Made by a program: the position numbers and the translations under genes | Source of the DNA: a virus | Length of the DNA: 64,000 bases | Virus record (IMG/VR): IMGVR_UViG_3300032116_000032 | Span: 72,113 to 136,112 of that record | Reading direction: 5' to 3' (one strand) | The notes under the pieces: generated by a model | The model's input: only the letters and a program-made list of their open reading frames with translations | The model's database searches: none | What the model was told of the DNA's origin: nothing | In this document: piece after piece, positions 46,126-54,795 of the stretch | Numbering within the stretch: the first letter of the stretch is position 1 | Layout: each line of letters starts with the position of its first letter

Positions 46126-46148
46126 TAGAGTGATAAACGAGAAACAAA

Positions 46149-46265
46149 ATGAAAACTATAGAAGTAACGATACAAGAAATCTGGCAGGCAACTAGACCTA
46201 TCGTGCAAAAAAGTAAGAAATCATATACTCGTAAAGTCAAACACAAAAACAAAGAAAATAATTAA
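46149..46265 (+). CDS. 38-aa ArfA-like basic peptide (not in ORF track)
   Basis: MKTIEVTIQEIWQATRPIVQKSKKSYTRKVKHKNKENN; R..V.K.KK...SY.RK.KH.N matches the ArfA core; has its own promoter and is coupled to the next gene. Confidence 0.55.
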   Translation: MKTIEVTIQEIWQATRPIVQKSKKSYTRKVKHKNKENN

Positions 46266-46267
46266 CT

Positions 46268-47026
46268 ATGATATACACACCAGAACTAATCAAATCAATT
46301 GCACCGGCAGTATTCGCCACATCACCATCTTCTAAAATGACGAACAAGTATGAGTTCGTACCAACTAATGAAGTAATGGAGATTTTTGACCGAGAAGGTT
46401 GGAAACTGTCATCTGTAAAACAAACAGGTAGAGGTATCCATTCAATGCACGAATTAAAATACAGAAACAGTGAATTACCAAAAGTTGGTGACACAGTTGT
46501 TGAAGCAATCGTTAGAAACTCTCACGATGGAACTGCAACATTCTCTATGGGAGCAGGACTTTTCCGATTGGTATGTTCAAATGGACTTACAGTTCCTACG
46601 TCAGTAGCGGAGAAATTCTCAATTCGACACAATCACTTTTCATTCGACGATGTTCGAGGTTTAGCTGAGGACTTCTCTAAGAAACTCCCAAGAATCGAAG
46701 AGTCAGTTACTCGAATGATGGAAAAGGAGTTAACTGAAAAAGAAAAACTCCGTTTAATCAAAGAAGCGGTTAAGATCCGTTGGGCGGTTGGAAATGGACC
46801 TGAATCTATTGACATTACAGACATCCTAACACCGTTTCGACCTGAGGATGAGGGAAGTGATCTTTGGACAGTATTTAATGTGATACAAGAGAAAATGACT
46901 CGAGGTGGATTCACTTACAAAAGTCCAAGAGGAAGACAAACAACACTTCGTGGAATCAAAAGCATCCAAGCCACGAATCGTTTAAACACTAAACTTTGGG
47001 AAGCCGCTGAACTATTATTAGTATAA
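46268..47026 (+). CDS. DUF932/DUF945-family protein
   Basis: APAVFA..PS......YEFVPT, RNSHDG, GLFRLVCSNGL and DLWTVFNVIQE motifs. Confidence 0.8.
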   Translation: MIYTPELIKSIAPAVFATSPSSKMTNKYEFVPTNEVMEIFDREGWKLSSVKQTGRGIHSMHELKYRNSELPKVGDTVVEAIVRNSHDGTATFSMGAGLFRLVCSNGLTVPTSVAEKFSIRHNHFSFDDVRGLAEDFSKKLPRIEESVTRMMEKELTEKEKLRLIKEAVKIRWAVGNGPESIDITDILTPFRPEDEGSDLWTVFNVIQEKMTRGGFTYKSPRGRQTTLRGIKSIQATNRLNTKLWEAAELLLV

Positions 47027-47036
47027 AAAAAGAAAA

Positions 47037-47058
47037 GGGGGTCAGTGACCCCCATTTT
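47037..47058 (+). terminator. intrinsic terminator
   Basis: GGGGGTC-AGT-GACCCCC followed by ATTTT. Confidence 0.7.
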
Positions 47059-47063
47059 GTATT

Positions 47064-47408
47064 ATGGAAAAATTCAAACACGAAAAAAGACTTTTAGATT
47101 TCCTCATAGAGGAAAATAAAATATTGTATTCAACAATCCAACTAACGGGTTTTATTGAACTAACACCTGAAAGTTTACTTGAAAAACCAAGATTTGAGAA
47201 TTATTTATTGGACGGTATGCAATATACTGATGGGGTTTCATATTCTGATGGAATATTTATTTATGATAACAATATTTACATATATTTATCTAAAACTGAC
47301 CCATTAGTCTCTTCATTTTCTTGTAAGATATATTATCCTATAAATAGAAAAAAAGACGTTGAGTTCTTTATATTAAACCTAAAAAAATTAAAAAAAGATG
47401 GAAATTAG
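47064..47408 (+). CDS. hypothetical protein
   Basis: 114-aa ORF. Confidence 0.55.
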   Translation: MEKFKHEKRLLDFLIEENKILYSTIQLTGFIELTPESLLEKPRFENYLLDGMQYTDGVSYSDGIFIYDNNIYIYLSKTDPLVSSFSCKIYYPINRKKDVEFFILNLKKLKKDGN

Positions 47409-47712
47409 TAGTGTTGAATTACAACAAAAAATAAATGCTGGTGAAAAACTTGTGGTTGAGTTTTGGGCTGAGTGGTGTGGACCATGTAAAATGATGAAAC
47501 CAATTTTTGAAAGAGTTGCATCTTCAAACGAAAGTGAAGTCCAAATGTATACACTTAATATTGATAATAACAGAGAAGTCGCTTTAAGCCTTGGTATCAG
47601 AAGTATACCAACTGTAAAGATGTTTAATTCTGGTGAAGTGGTTGAGACAAAAGTGGGTATGATGAATGAAGGACAGATAAAAGAAATGGTAAGTGAATTG
47701 ATCAATGGATAA
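47398..47712 (+). CDS. trxA: thioredoxin
   Basis: VVEFWAEWCGPCK active site and IRSIPT cis-Pro loop. Confidence 0.92.
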   Translation: MEISSVELQQKINAGEKLVVEFWAEWCGPCKMMKPIFERVASSNESEVQMYTLNIDNNREVALSLGIRSIPTVKMFNSGEVVETKVGMMNEGQIKEMVSELING

Positions 47713-47992
47713 AATTGCAGTTGTGTTCACAATGAAGAGTTGTCCTCATTGTCACACATTTAAAAAAATGTTAGAAGAGGCTGACATTGACTTTATCGAT
47801 AGAGATATTGATGAATATGAAGAAGAATACGATATGTTTGTTGAAGTTACAGGAAATGATTTTGTACCGGCATTCATGTTAATTGAGAATCCCGAAAGTG
47901 AAACTCCTACATCAAATTTATATGCTCCTGATCGAGATTTTGAGGATATAGATGAAGGACTAAAAATAATTAAAGAATTTTACGAAAGATAA
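47705..47992 (+). CDS. glutaredoxin/NrdH-like protein
   Basis: VFTMKSCPHC..K..L...I.F...DI and FVPAF. Confidence 0.8.
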   Translation: MDKIAVVFTMKSCPHCHTFKKMLEEADIDFIDRDIDEYEEEYDMFVEVTGNDFVPAFMLIENPESETPTSNLYAPDRDFEDIDEGLKIIKEFYER

Positions 47993-47993
47993 A

Positions 47994-48017
47994 AAAACCC
48001 CTCAATCGAGGGGTTTT
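47994..48017. terminator. bidirectional intrinsic terminator
   Basis: AAAACCCCTC-AATC-GAGGGGTTTT between convergent genes. Confidence 0.8.
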
Positions 48018-48020
48018 CTT

Positions 48021-48716
48021 TTATATCAATATTATGTCTTTTAGTCTATCTTGAATCAAGTATGGTTTGTCCAATGTCTGATCAGTGATATCTTTTGTAA
48101 AGTCGTAGTTAGACAGCCTTTCTTTGAATTCAGTAAGATCCATATCAAAACAATCTAAAACAAGACTTTCAATAGTTTTCTTTGGTATTTGAGAATCACA
48201 AATCACTTTAATTCTATAATCTTCATCTTCATTTAAATCACTTGAGTAATGAAAATATAATTTATCAATACCCAACAAAGAATACATTTGATTGAAGATA
48301 TAATGTGAGTAATATAATATTCCTCTACCACAACCTAAACTATGCCCATAAGGAAACTCTGATGAAATGTTTATTTCTGAAATGGGGTCTAATTCCTTAA
48401 CGTACAAAGATTTATTAACTGTGATCCATGCTCTTGGAAAATCTGTGATTTCTTGTTCGTACTTAATGATATCAATAATGTTAAGACTTTCTTTATTGAG
48501 TGATTTAAATAATTCCTTGTTTGATTCTATAAATTCTATTTTAAGTTCGTTAAGGTTTAGAACATTACTACTTATAGTTTGACCGTTAACAACCACAAAG
48601 TTTTCACAATCTGTTACTTGAATTATTGTATTTTCTGATTTGTTGAATTTTGACAGGATGTAGTCTGCAAATAGATTTACAAAATACCGTCTTGTGTTTT
48701 TTTCTAATTTTCTCAT
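48021..48716 (-). CDS. degenerate S-adenosylmethionine synthetase (MetK)-fold protein, N- and C-domains only
   Basis: FADYIL...FVVVNGQT.S...LNLNEL resembles the MetK N-domain; [22 protein letters not shown]...IP...[11 protein letters not shown] resembles the MetK C-domain; catalytic motifs are absent. Confidence 0.55.
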   Translation of the reverse strand: [231 protein letters not shown]

Positions 48717-48766
48717 ATTCTTGGTTTTGTATAATGAATATGAGAATTAAATGAAACTATAAAGAG

Positions 48767-49882
48767 TTAAATATAATCTAAAAACATTTCGTTTATGTTT
48801 CTTCTTGTTCTGTCCCAATCAGGATATTCAGGGATTCTAATATCAATACATTCTACATCATCATTAGAAATCATATTATTTATAAGTTCCGTATATCCAC
48901 CAAAATATTCTAAAAATGAATCACTCCAAGTTCCGCCTTTATTATTTTCTAAAAATGTTGTTATATTTCCAATAAAGTCTCTGATTTTAATATATTGGTC
49001 GTATTTAGTTTTTTCACCGACCTTTCTTGGAATCTCATCAATACGACCCTCGAAGTATTCATTAAGACCATTATAAACAGCTTCATAAACTTCATCTTCA
49101 TATGCTGTATTTTCAGAGCTGTAATAAACACTTCTCAATTCTTGACCAATTTCTTGTAAATCTTTTTTGAAAAGTTCGTTTGATGCGTCACTATCTTTTA
49201 ATAGGTCGTTTAAATCTTCAGGTCTTATTCTAAAATATCCTTCTGTCCCTTGTATTTCAGATAAATGTTCAAAAAAGTCTGAATCATAATCTTCTAATGA
49301 AAGTTCTTGATTTCCAATTTTTTTATAAATAACATCTTTAAGATGTGCTAAATTAGAATCATCTAAAACATCTACTGTATCGTGTGGTGACATACTAGAA
49401 TCATAATACCAATCGTGACCTAAACCTTCTTCACTTAAAATTAGTTTTGCAACATATCTAGGGCCACTATCACTTCTTCTACTACCACTACAAAAATATT
49501 CACTTAACTCTTCACTATCTCTTAATTTTAGATAAAAACCACCATTTCTAATTTCAACATCAGTTATTAGATTGTTAATTATAAAATAAACTGTGTCTTC
49601 GTAGTTGTCTTCTAAACCTTTTAAAAGTAATATATTTTTTAATTCTTCGGGTGCGTCTTCATAACTAAGATTACCTAAAACACCATTTTCATCTAAAAAA
49701 TTAATTAGTTCACTGTCCCAATTACGATAACCTACTTGACCTAAATCTAATTCATCTAAAAGACCGTATTTTTTAACAAACTTAAAGAATGTTATTAAGT
49801 CATTAAAATACGGCTCAATGTCGTCATCAAAATCACCATAATTAAATGAATTAACTAATTGTCTTGCTCTATCTAAACTCAT
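48767..49882 (-). CDS. acidic hypothetical protein
   Basis: 371-aa D/E-rich ORF preceded by ATATTTAT. Confidence 0.65.
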   Translation of the reverse strand: MSLDRARQLVNSFNYGDFDDDIEPYFNDLITFFKFVKKYGLLDELDLGQVGYRNWDSELINFLDENGVLGNLSYEDAPEELKNILLLKGLEDNYEDTVYFIINNLITDVEIRNGGFYLKLRDSEELSEYFCSGSRRSDSGPRYVAKLILSEEGLGHDWYYDSSMSPHDTVDVLDDSNLAHLKDVIYKKIGNQELSLEDYDSDFFEHLSEIQGTEGYFRIRPEDLNDLLKDSDASNELFKKDLQEIGQELRSVYYSSENTAYEDEVYEAVYNGLNEYFEGRIDEIPRKVGEKTKYDQYIKIRDFIGNITTFLENNKGGTWSDSFLEYFGGYTELINNMISNDDVECIDIRIPEYPDWDRTRRNINEMFLDYI

Positions 49883-49887
49883 ATGGT

Positions 49888-49895
49888 ATAAATAT
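49888..49895 (-). promoter_or_regulatory. ATATTTAT upstream motif (putative late promoter)
   Basis: Exact motif on the minus strand 5 nt before the start. Confidence 0.5.
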
Positions 49896-49952
49896 CTTAT
49901 AAATAAAAAAGGTGTCCCAATCGGAACACCTTATCTTGATGATACGCAAATA

Positions 49953-50090
49953 TTATTTTCTGTAATATTTGTTAATGATTTTTTTTACTGACTCTTGAAC
50001 ATTAGTTTTATTTTGAGTCGTATTTGCACCTTGTTGTGTTTGTGTTTGAGGTTGTTGTGCCTGTTGTTTGTTTTTACATCCGCAGCCCAT
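49953..50090 (-). CDS. 45-aa MGCGCK protein (not in ORF track)
   Basis: MGCGCKNKQQAQQPQTQTQQGANTTQNKTNVQESVKKIINKYYRK; ATATTTAG upstream and a hairpin terminator at about 49905-49930 downstream. Confidence 0.6.
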   Translation of the reverse strand: MGCGCKNKQQAQQPQTQTQQGANTTQNKTNVQESVKKIINKYYRK

Positions 50091-50183
50091 AACTAAATAT
50101 TTTTATCGGTTTATTTATCTATAAATAGTATCTAAAACAAGTTTAATTCAGAATAATTAAAAATCAATTATTTTTATTTTGTT

Positions 50184-50191
50184 ATATTTAT
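50184..50191 (+). promoter_or_regulatory. ATATTTAT upstream motif (putative late promoter)
   Basis: Exact motif 5 nt before the 50197 ATG. Confidence 0.5.
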
Positions 50192-50196
50192 CAAGT

Positions 50197-51402
50197 ATGA
50201 GAGACTTCATTAAAAATTTCTTATTAGAACAAGATGAGAATCTTGTTACACTAACTCCTGATCAATATATCGAAACATTAGAAGATGTTGGTGGAATTGC
50301 GGCGAGAGTTTCAAATCTAAAACCTTATCGTGGTAAAGGTATTGTTATTAACGGTGATTTAGATCTTAGAAAATTTAAAACTGTTGGACCACTTACAGGA
50401 ATTGTGAGAGTAATGGGTAGGTTAGATATATCCAATACGAATGTTCCAAATCTTGATGGTGTTACCGTAGATAGATATGTTAGTAATTGGGGATCAACAA
50501 TGCATACAATTAAATTAAAACAAGAAAGAAATAAAAAACTTTCAGAATTGGCCGATTATAGAGAAAATGATGAGTGGAATACAGAAAACAAAGACGATGA
50601 TTCTGAAAGAACTGAAGCTTTATATGAATTTTTGGTTGAAGAAGGTATACCTACTTTATATGAAGACGACAATGGTGAAGAAGTAGAAGAAGACAAATAT
50701 TTTATTTATCCTAATAGCACTGGAACTTACGGTATTGGAAAACAATACGAATGGTTAGGTAGTGATACTTTACAACCTGATACATATGATGTTTATACTC
50801 AAGATGAGTTAGATATTGCCGCTAGAAGATATGTTGAAAATGCTATTGATGACATGGGTTATGAGGCATTTACAAGTTGGGTTTGGGATCAAGCACTTGA
50901 TAGAGGACAGTGGGAAAGTTGGTTAGAAGATTTTTATGAAGATATAATTAGAGATGATCCTGAAAACTATGATATAGGACTTGAATTATCTACAAATCAA
51001 CAACATCAAGTTAATCAATTAAAAAAAACTATAGAAAATCTAAATAATAAATTAAAAAGTGAGGAATTGTCTGACGAAGAATACGAAAACATCGAAAGAA
51101 AAATTGAAGGTTTAGAAGAGACGATAGAAGAAATTATAGAAGATCCACAAGGTGGTTATGATGAAAGTTCCATACAGAATGAAATCAATGATAGAGTTAA
51201 TGAATATGTTGATGATATTGATGATTTTATTAAACACTACGGATATGAAAAAAGTTTTATAATGGATTTTGTTGATTTAGATGAGGTTACGGATATTGTC
51301 GTAAATAGTGATGGATATGGTAATCTATTAAACTCTTATGATGGAGAAATGTTTGAAACACAGGTAAACGGTGACTGGTATTTTGTAATGAGGGCTAGTT
51401 AG
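50197..51402 (+). CDS. very acidic leader-bearing protein with short beta-solenoid-like segment (start revised from 50179)
   Basis: MRDFIKNFLLEQ leader; INGDLDLR...VMGRLDISNTNVPNL; D/E-rich body. Confidence 0.6.
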   Translation: MRDFIKNFLLEQDENLVTLTPDQYIETLEDVGGIAARVSNLKPYRGKGIVINGDLDLRKFKTVGPLTGIVRVMGRLDISNTNVPNLDGVTVDRYVSNWGSTMHTIKLKQERNKKLSELADYRENDEWNTENKDDDSERTEALYEFLVEEGIPTLYEDDNGEEVEEDKYFIYPNSTGTYGIGKQYEWLGSDTLQPDTYDVYTQDELDIAARRYVENAIDDMGYEAFTSWVWDQALDRGQWESWLEDFYEDIIRDDPENYDIGLELSTNQQHQVNQLKKTIENLNNKLKSEELSDEEYENIERKIEGLEETIEEIIEDPQGGYDESSIQNEINDRVNEYVDDIDDFIKHYGYEKSFIMDFVDLDEVTDIVVNSDGYGNLLNSYDGEMFETQVNGDWYFVMRAS

Positions 51403-51442
51403 GTCTTTATTTGTTGAACAATATATCATATTTTTATTATGA

Positions 51443-52210
51443 ATGGCACGAAGAAAAAAAATAGAATTTTTAATGAACACCGATTGGATGTTCGAAAAAC
51501 CTATTGATAGAGAATACAAAGAATACAAACTACTTTCTTATTTCCAAAAGATGGGAGATAAACTCGATAAATTAGAGTTATATCCAGGATTTATTGAATT
51601 ATCATTACACTTAATGAATATACAAGCTCTTATGAGAGATAAGAAAATTGTCTACACGGATAAAAAATTAAATACTGTAGACGATGAGATTATGGTGAAG
51701 GATCTAAAAGTTAAGGACGCCCCAACCATGTCCGATGAAGAAAATGAAGAATTTAGAAAAATCTTATCTTATTCAGCACCAAGAATTATGGAATACTTTA
51801 ATGTTGCAAAGTCTGTTTGGACAATAGTATTTGATTCTTTGGATATGAAAATCAAAAGAAATAAAAAAAATATTTTACACCCGAAAGGGTATTTCTACTA
51901 TACTCAAACCGAAAGTAAAAAAACTTATGTTTGGGAGTATGTAATCAAGAAAGAAACAAAAACCAACCCACAAAGAATGGCGAATATAAATTTAATTTAT
52001 TTCGATGAGATCGGAGATTTGACCATTCCAAAAATAATATCTACATTTTCTACATACGAACCAAAAGACAAGAGAATGGGACCAGTATTTCAAATGTCAT
52101 CAAACGGAATTTTTCCTGTTAATGAAACATTATTACCCCTATTCAAAAGAAGAATTGCGGGACTTATCTCACAAACAAAAAACCTAGAAGAAAAGCAAGA
52201 AACAGAATAA
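51443..52210 (+). CDS. hypothetical protein
   Basis: 255-aa ORF. Confidence 0.6.
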   Translation: MARRKKIEFLMNTDWMFEKPIDREYKEYKLLSYFQKMGDKLDKLELYPGFIELSLHLMNIQALMRDKKIVYTDKKLNTVDDEIMVKDLKVKDAPTMSDEENEEFRKILSYSAPRIMEYFNVAKSVWTIVFDSLDMKIKRNKKNILHPKGYFYYTQTESKKTYVWEYVIKKETKTNPQRMANINLIYFDEIGDLTIPKIISTFSTYEPKDKRMGPVFQMSSNGIFPVNETLLPLFKRRIAGLISQTKNLEEKQETE

Positions 52211-52212
52211 TC

Positions 52213-52395
52213 ATGGGATTTAATAAGAGAATATTAAAGAAAGAAAACATTTTAAATAACCTCCCAAATCTTATGACCTATTTAGATGCCGATGCAATTA
52301 TTTGCACCGACAATTTTTCACGCGAGGTATATGGGTTATTTCGTATAGGATCATCAAAAGAAGAAATAATAAATCTAATAAATAAAATAAAATGA
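52213..52395 (+). CDS. hypothetical protein
   Basis: 60-aa ORF coupled to glutamine synthetase. Confidence 0.5.
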   Translation: MGFNKRILKKENILNNLPNLMTYLDADAIICTDNFSREVYGLFRIGSSKEEIINLINKIK

Positions 52396-53525
52396 AAATT
52401 AAATTGGAATATGTTTGGTTAGACGGATATAAACCTGAACCTAACCTAAGAAGTAAAGTTAAGATTGTTGATTACGAATCTGTTAAGAACGCATTTCTTG
52501 ATGGTAATTTTCCTATGTGGAATTTTGATGGGTCATCAACAAATCAAGCTGACACGGGAAACTCTGATCGTTTGTTAAAACCTGTGAGACATTACGCTCC
52601 GACTAATTTTTTAAAAAATAATAATCCTGTGTATGTTTTGTGTGAGGTATTAAATCCTGATGGAACACCACACCAATCCAATAAAAGATCTGAAATTGGA
52701 GAAAATTTTGAAGATCTTTGGTTTGGTTTTGAGCAAGAATACTTCATTCGTGAAGAAGTGAATGGTAATATTTTGGGACACAAAAGAAATATCCTTAAAG
52801 GTCAAGGTGAGTACTACTGTGGTGTAGGTCATAATGTTGTTGGTCGTCCATTTGTTGAAGAACATTTAAATATGTGTCTTGAATATGGTATTGATATTAC
52901 TGGGACAAATGCTGAGGTTGCTTTGGGTCAATGGGAATACCAAGTATTCTCAAAAGGAAAATTAAAAGGTGGAGATGATCTTTGGATGTCTAGATACTTC
53001 CTATTCAAGATTGCTGAGAACTATGGTTATCACATTGAACTTCACCCAAAACCAATCACACACGGAGAGTGGAATGGTTCAGGACTTCACACAAATTTCT
53101 CAACCGACCAAATGAGATTTGATGGAAACGAAGAATACTTCATGGCATTATTCAATGCATTTGAGTCAAGACATGAAGACCATATCAAAGCATACGGATC
53201 AAACAATCATTTACGATTAACAGGTGAATATGAAACACAAGCAATTGATAAGTTCAGTTGGGGTGTATCTGATCGTGGAGCATCAATTAGAGTTCCTCAG
53301 GACACCGCAAAAGAATGGAAAGGATATGTTGAAGATCGTAGACCTGGATCAAATGCGGACCCATACAAAATCATTCGTGAGATTGTTAACTCATTATATG
53401 TTGCACAACTTCTTTATGACACAAAAACTATGATTAATAAAGACGTTGATTTGAATGGTCTTAGTGAGAAGTATGGAACAATGTCTAACGAGGAGTTATT
53501 AAAAGAATATAGAGAAGAAGAATAA
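52392..53525 (+). CDS. glnII: glutamine synthetase type II
   Basis: EYVWLDG, WNFDGSST.QA, WFGFEQEY, NAEVALGQWEYQ, HPKP, WNGSGLHTNFST, RLTGEYET and RGASIRVP/EDRRP motifs. Confidence 0.93.
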   Translation: MKIKLEYVWLDGYKPEPNLRSKVKIVDYESVKNAFLDGNFPMWNFDGSSTNQADTGNSDRLLKPVRHYAPTNFLKNNNPVYVLCEVLNPDGTPHQSNKRSEIGENFEDLWFGFEQEYFIREEVNGNILGHKRNILKGQGEYYCGVGHNVVGRPFVEEHLNMCLEYGIDITGTNAEVALGQWEYQVFSKGKLKGGDDLWMSRYFLFKIAENYGYHIELHPKPITHGEWNGSGLHTNFSTDQMRFDGNEEYFMALFNAFESRHEDHIKAYGSNNHLRLTGEYETQAIDKFSWGVSDRGASIRVPQDTAKEWKGYVEDRRPGSNADPYKIIREIVNSLYVAQLLYDTKTMINKDVDLNGLSEKYGTMSNEELLKEYREEE

Positions 53526-53794
53526 TGGATAAACAATGTGTTTGTGGTGGAACAGGTCCTTGTCAATGCCCACCACCAAAAGTAGAACAAGTTAATCACC
53601 CACAACATTATGGAGGTGAAAATAATCCTTACGAAGCTATCAAAGTTATTGATGCTTGGGATTTAGGATTTAGTTTAGGAAATACAGTAAAATATATATC
53701 ACGTGCAGGAAAAAAAGGAAAAGATAAAGAACTTGAGGACCTCAGAAAAGCACTCTGGTACCTCCAACACCACATCGAAACACTCGAAAAGTAA
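53525..53794 (+). CDS. DUF3310 family protein
   Basis: VNHPQHY...GFSLGNTVKYISRAGKK...EDLRKALWYL. Confidence 0.85.
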   Translation: MDKQCVCGGTGPCQCPPPKVEQVNHPQHYGGENNPYEAIKVIDAWDLGFSLGNTVKYISRAGKKGKDKELEDLRKALWYLQHHIETLEK

Positions 53795-54098
53795 AACAGG
53801 TTTTGATAAAGAGATCAGTGTTTGGGACGCTCTTACAACACCAAACGAGTTATTAAGAGAAACCCTAATTAACTTTATGTGGGGGTTTTTAGGTAACTCT
53901 ATTGTAGTATTTGCGGCAAAGGAACTGGACTTTTTAGTTCTTATAAATTATATTGTCTATTACATACTAATTTCTTATATTGTGAATAGAAAGAAATATG
54001 AAACTATGTTAGGTAAGTTCATTATTCTTCCTGGATCTGCGGCGGCAGGTGCATTCACAGGATATAAATTGGCTCAAATGATTTCGAATTTTATTTAA
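53703..54098 (+). CDS. membrane protein (start uncertain)
   Basis: Three hydrophobic segments; the listed GTG start overlaps DUF3310 by 92 nt. Confidence 0.55.
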   Translation: MQEKKEKIKNLRTSEKHSGTSNTTSKHSKSKTGFDKEISVWDALTTPNELLRETLINFMWGFLGNSIVVFAAKELDFLVLINYIVYYILISYIVNRKKYETMLGKFIILPGSAAAGAFTGYKLAQMISNFI

Positions 54099-54100
54099 CT

Positions 54101-54250
54101 ATGGAAAAAGATTGGAACCCAAACGACTTTCAAGGAAGGTCAAAAGATCAAGTAGAAAGAAACTATAGAGTTTTTGCTATTTTTTTAATTTTAAGTTGGT
54201 TAATTGGGACAGGTCTTGTTTTATACTCTATAATTGATTACATTTTTTAA
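54101..54250 (+). CDS. 49-aa membrane protein (not in ORF track)
   Basis: MEKDWNPNDFQGRSKDQVERNYRVFAIFLILSWLIGTGLVLYSIIDYIF. Confidence 0.55.
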   Translation: MEKDWNPNDFQGRSKDQVERNYRVFAIFLILSWLIGTGLVLYSIIDYIF

Positions 54251-54261
54251 TCTATAATAAT

Positions 54262-54792
54262 ATGAAATACCACAAAATTACACTTGGGCATCGAGGGGCG
54301 GAAATATATCCGTTTAAATTAAACACAGAACAATACAATACTTTTCAAGAAAAAAGAGTTGAGTTTGATGAAATGGATTATGATCAGATTTGTGAAGTGT
54401 TGGGTGTTGAAAGTTATTTTGATTCTGAGTTAGAAACTTTAATAGGTCCTTATCCTGATACTTTTTATATGAAAGTTGAAGATGAGGATGGTAATTTAGT
54501 TTATGAAACTGAAGAACTTGATCGTGAAAAATGTGATTACGAAGAAAAGTATTGTAGTCAAGATGCTTATCTTATAATAGAAGATTATTGTAAGGGTAAC
54601 ATATTAGTGTATGATATACCATTAGAAGAAGACTTTGATGTAGAAAAAATTAGATTTGAAGTTAAAGATGTTGGTTGTAGAATTGAAATTGTCACAGATA
54701 TGTTCTATGATGATAAAAGATATGAAATTTATAAATCATTTGGGGATATGACATCGAAAGGTTACTATTACCATATAACAGCAGGAATTTAA
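54262..54792 (+). CDS. acidic hypothetical protein
   Basis: 176-aa ORF. Confidence 0.6.
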   Translation: MKYHKITLGHRGAEIYPFKLNTEQYNTFQEKRVEFDEMDYDQICEVLGVESYFDSELETLIGPYPDTFYMKVEDEDGNLVYETEELDREKCDYEEKYCSQDAYLIIEDYCKGNILVYDIPLEEDFDVEKIRFEVKDVGCRIEIVTDMFYDDKRYEIYKSFGDMTSKGYYYHITAGI

Positions 54793-54795
54793 AAA

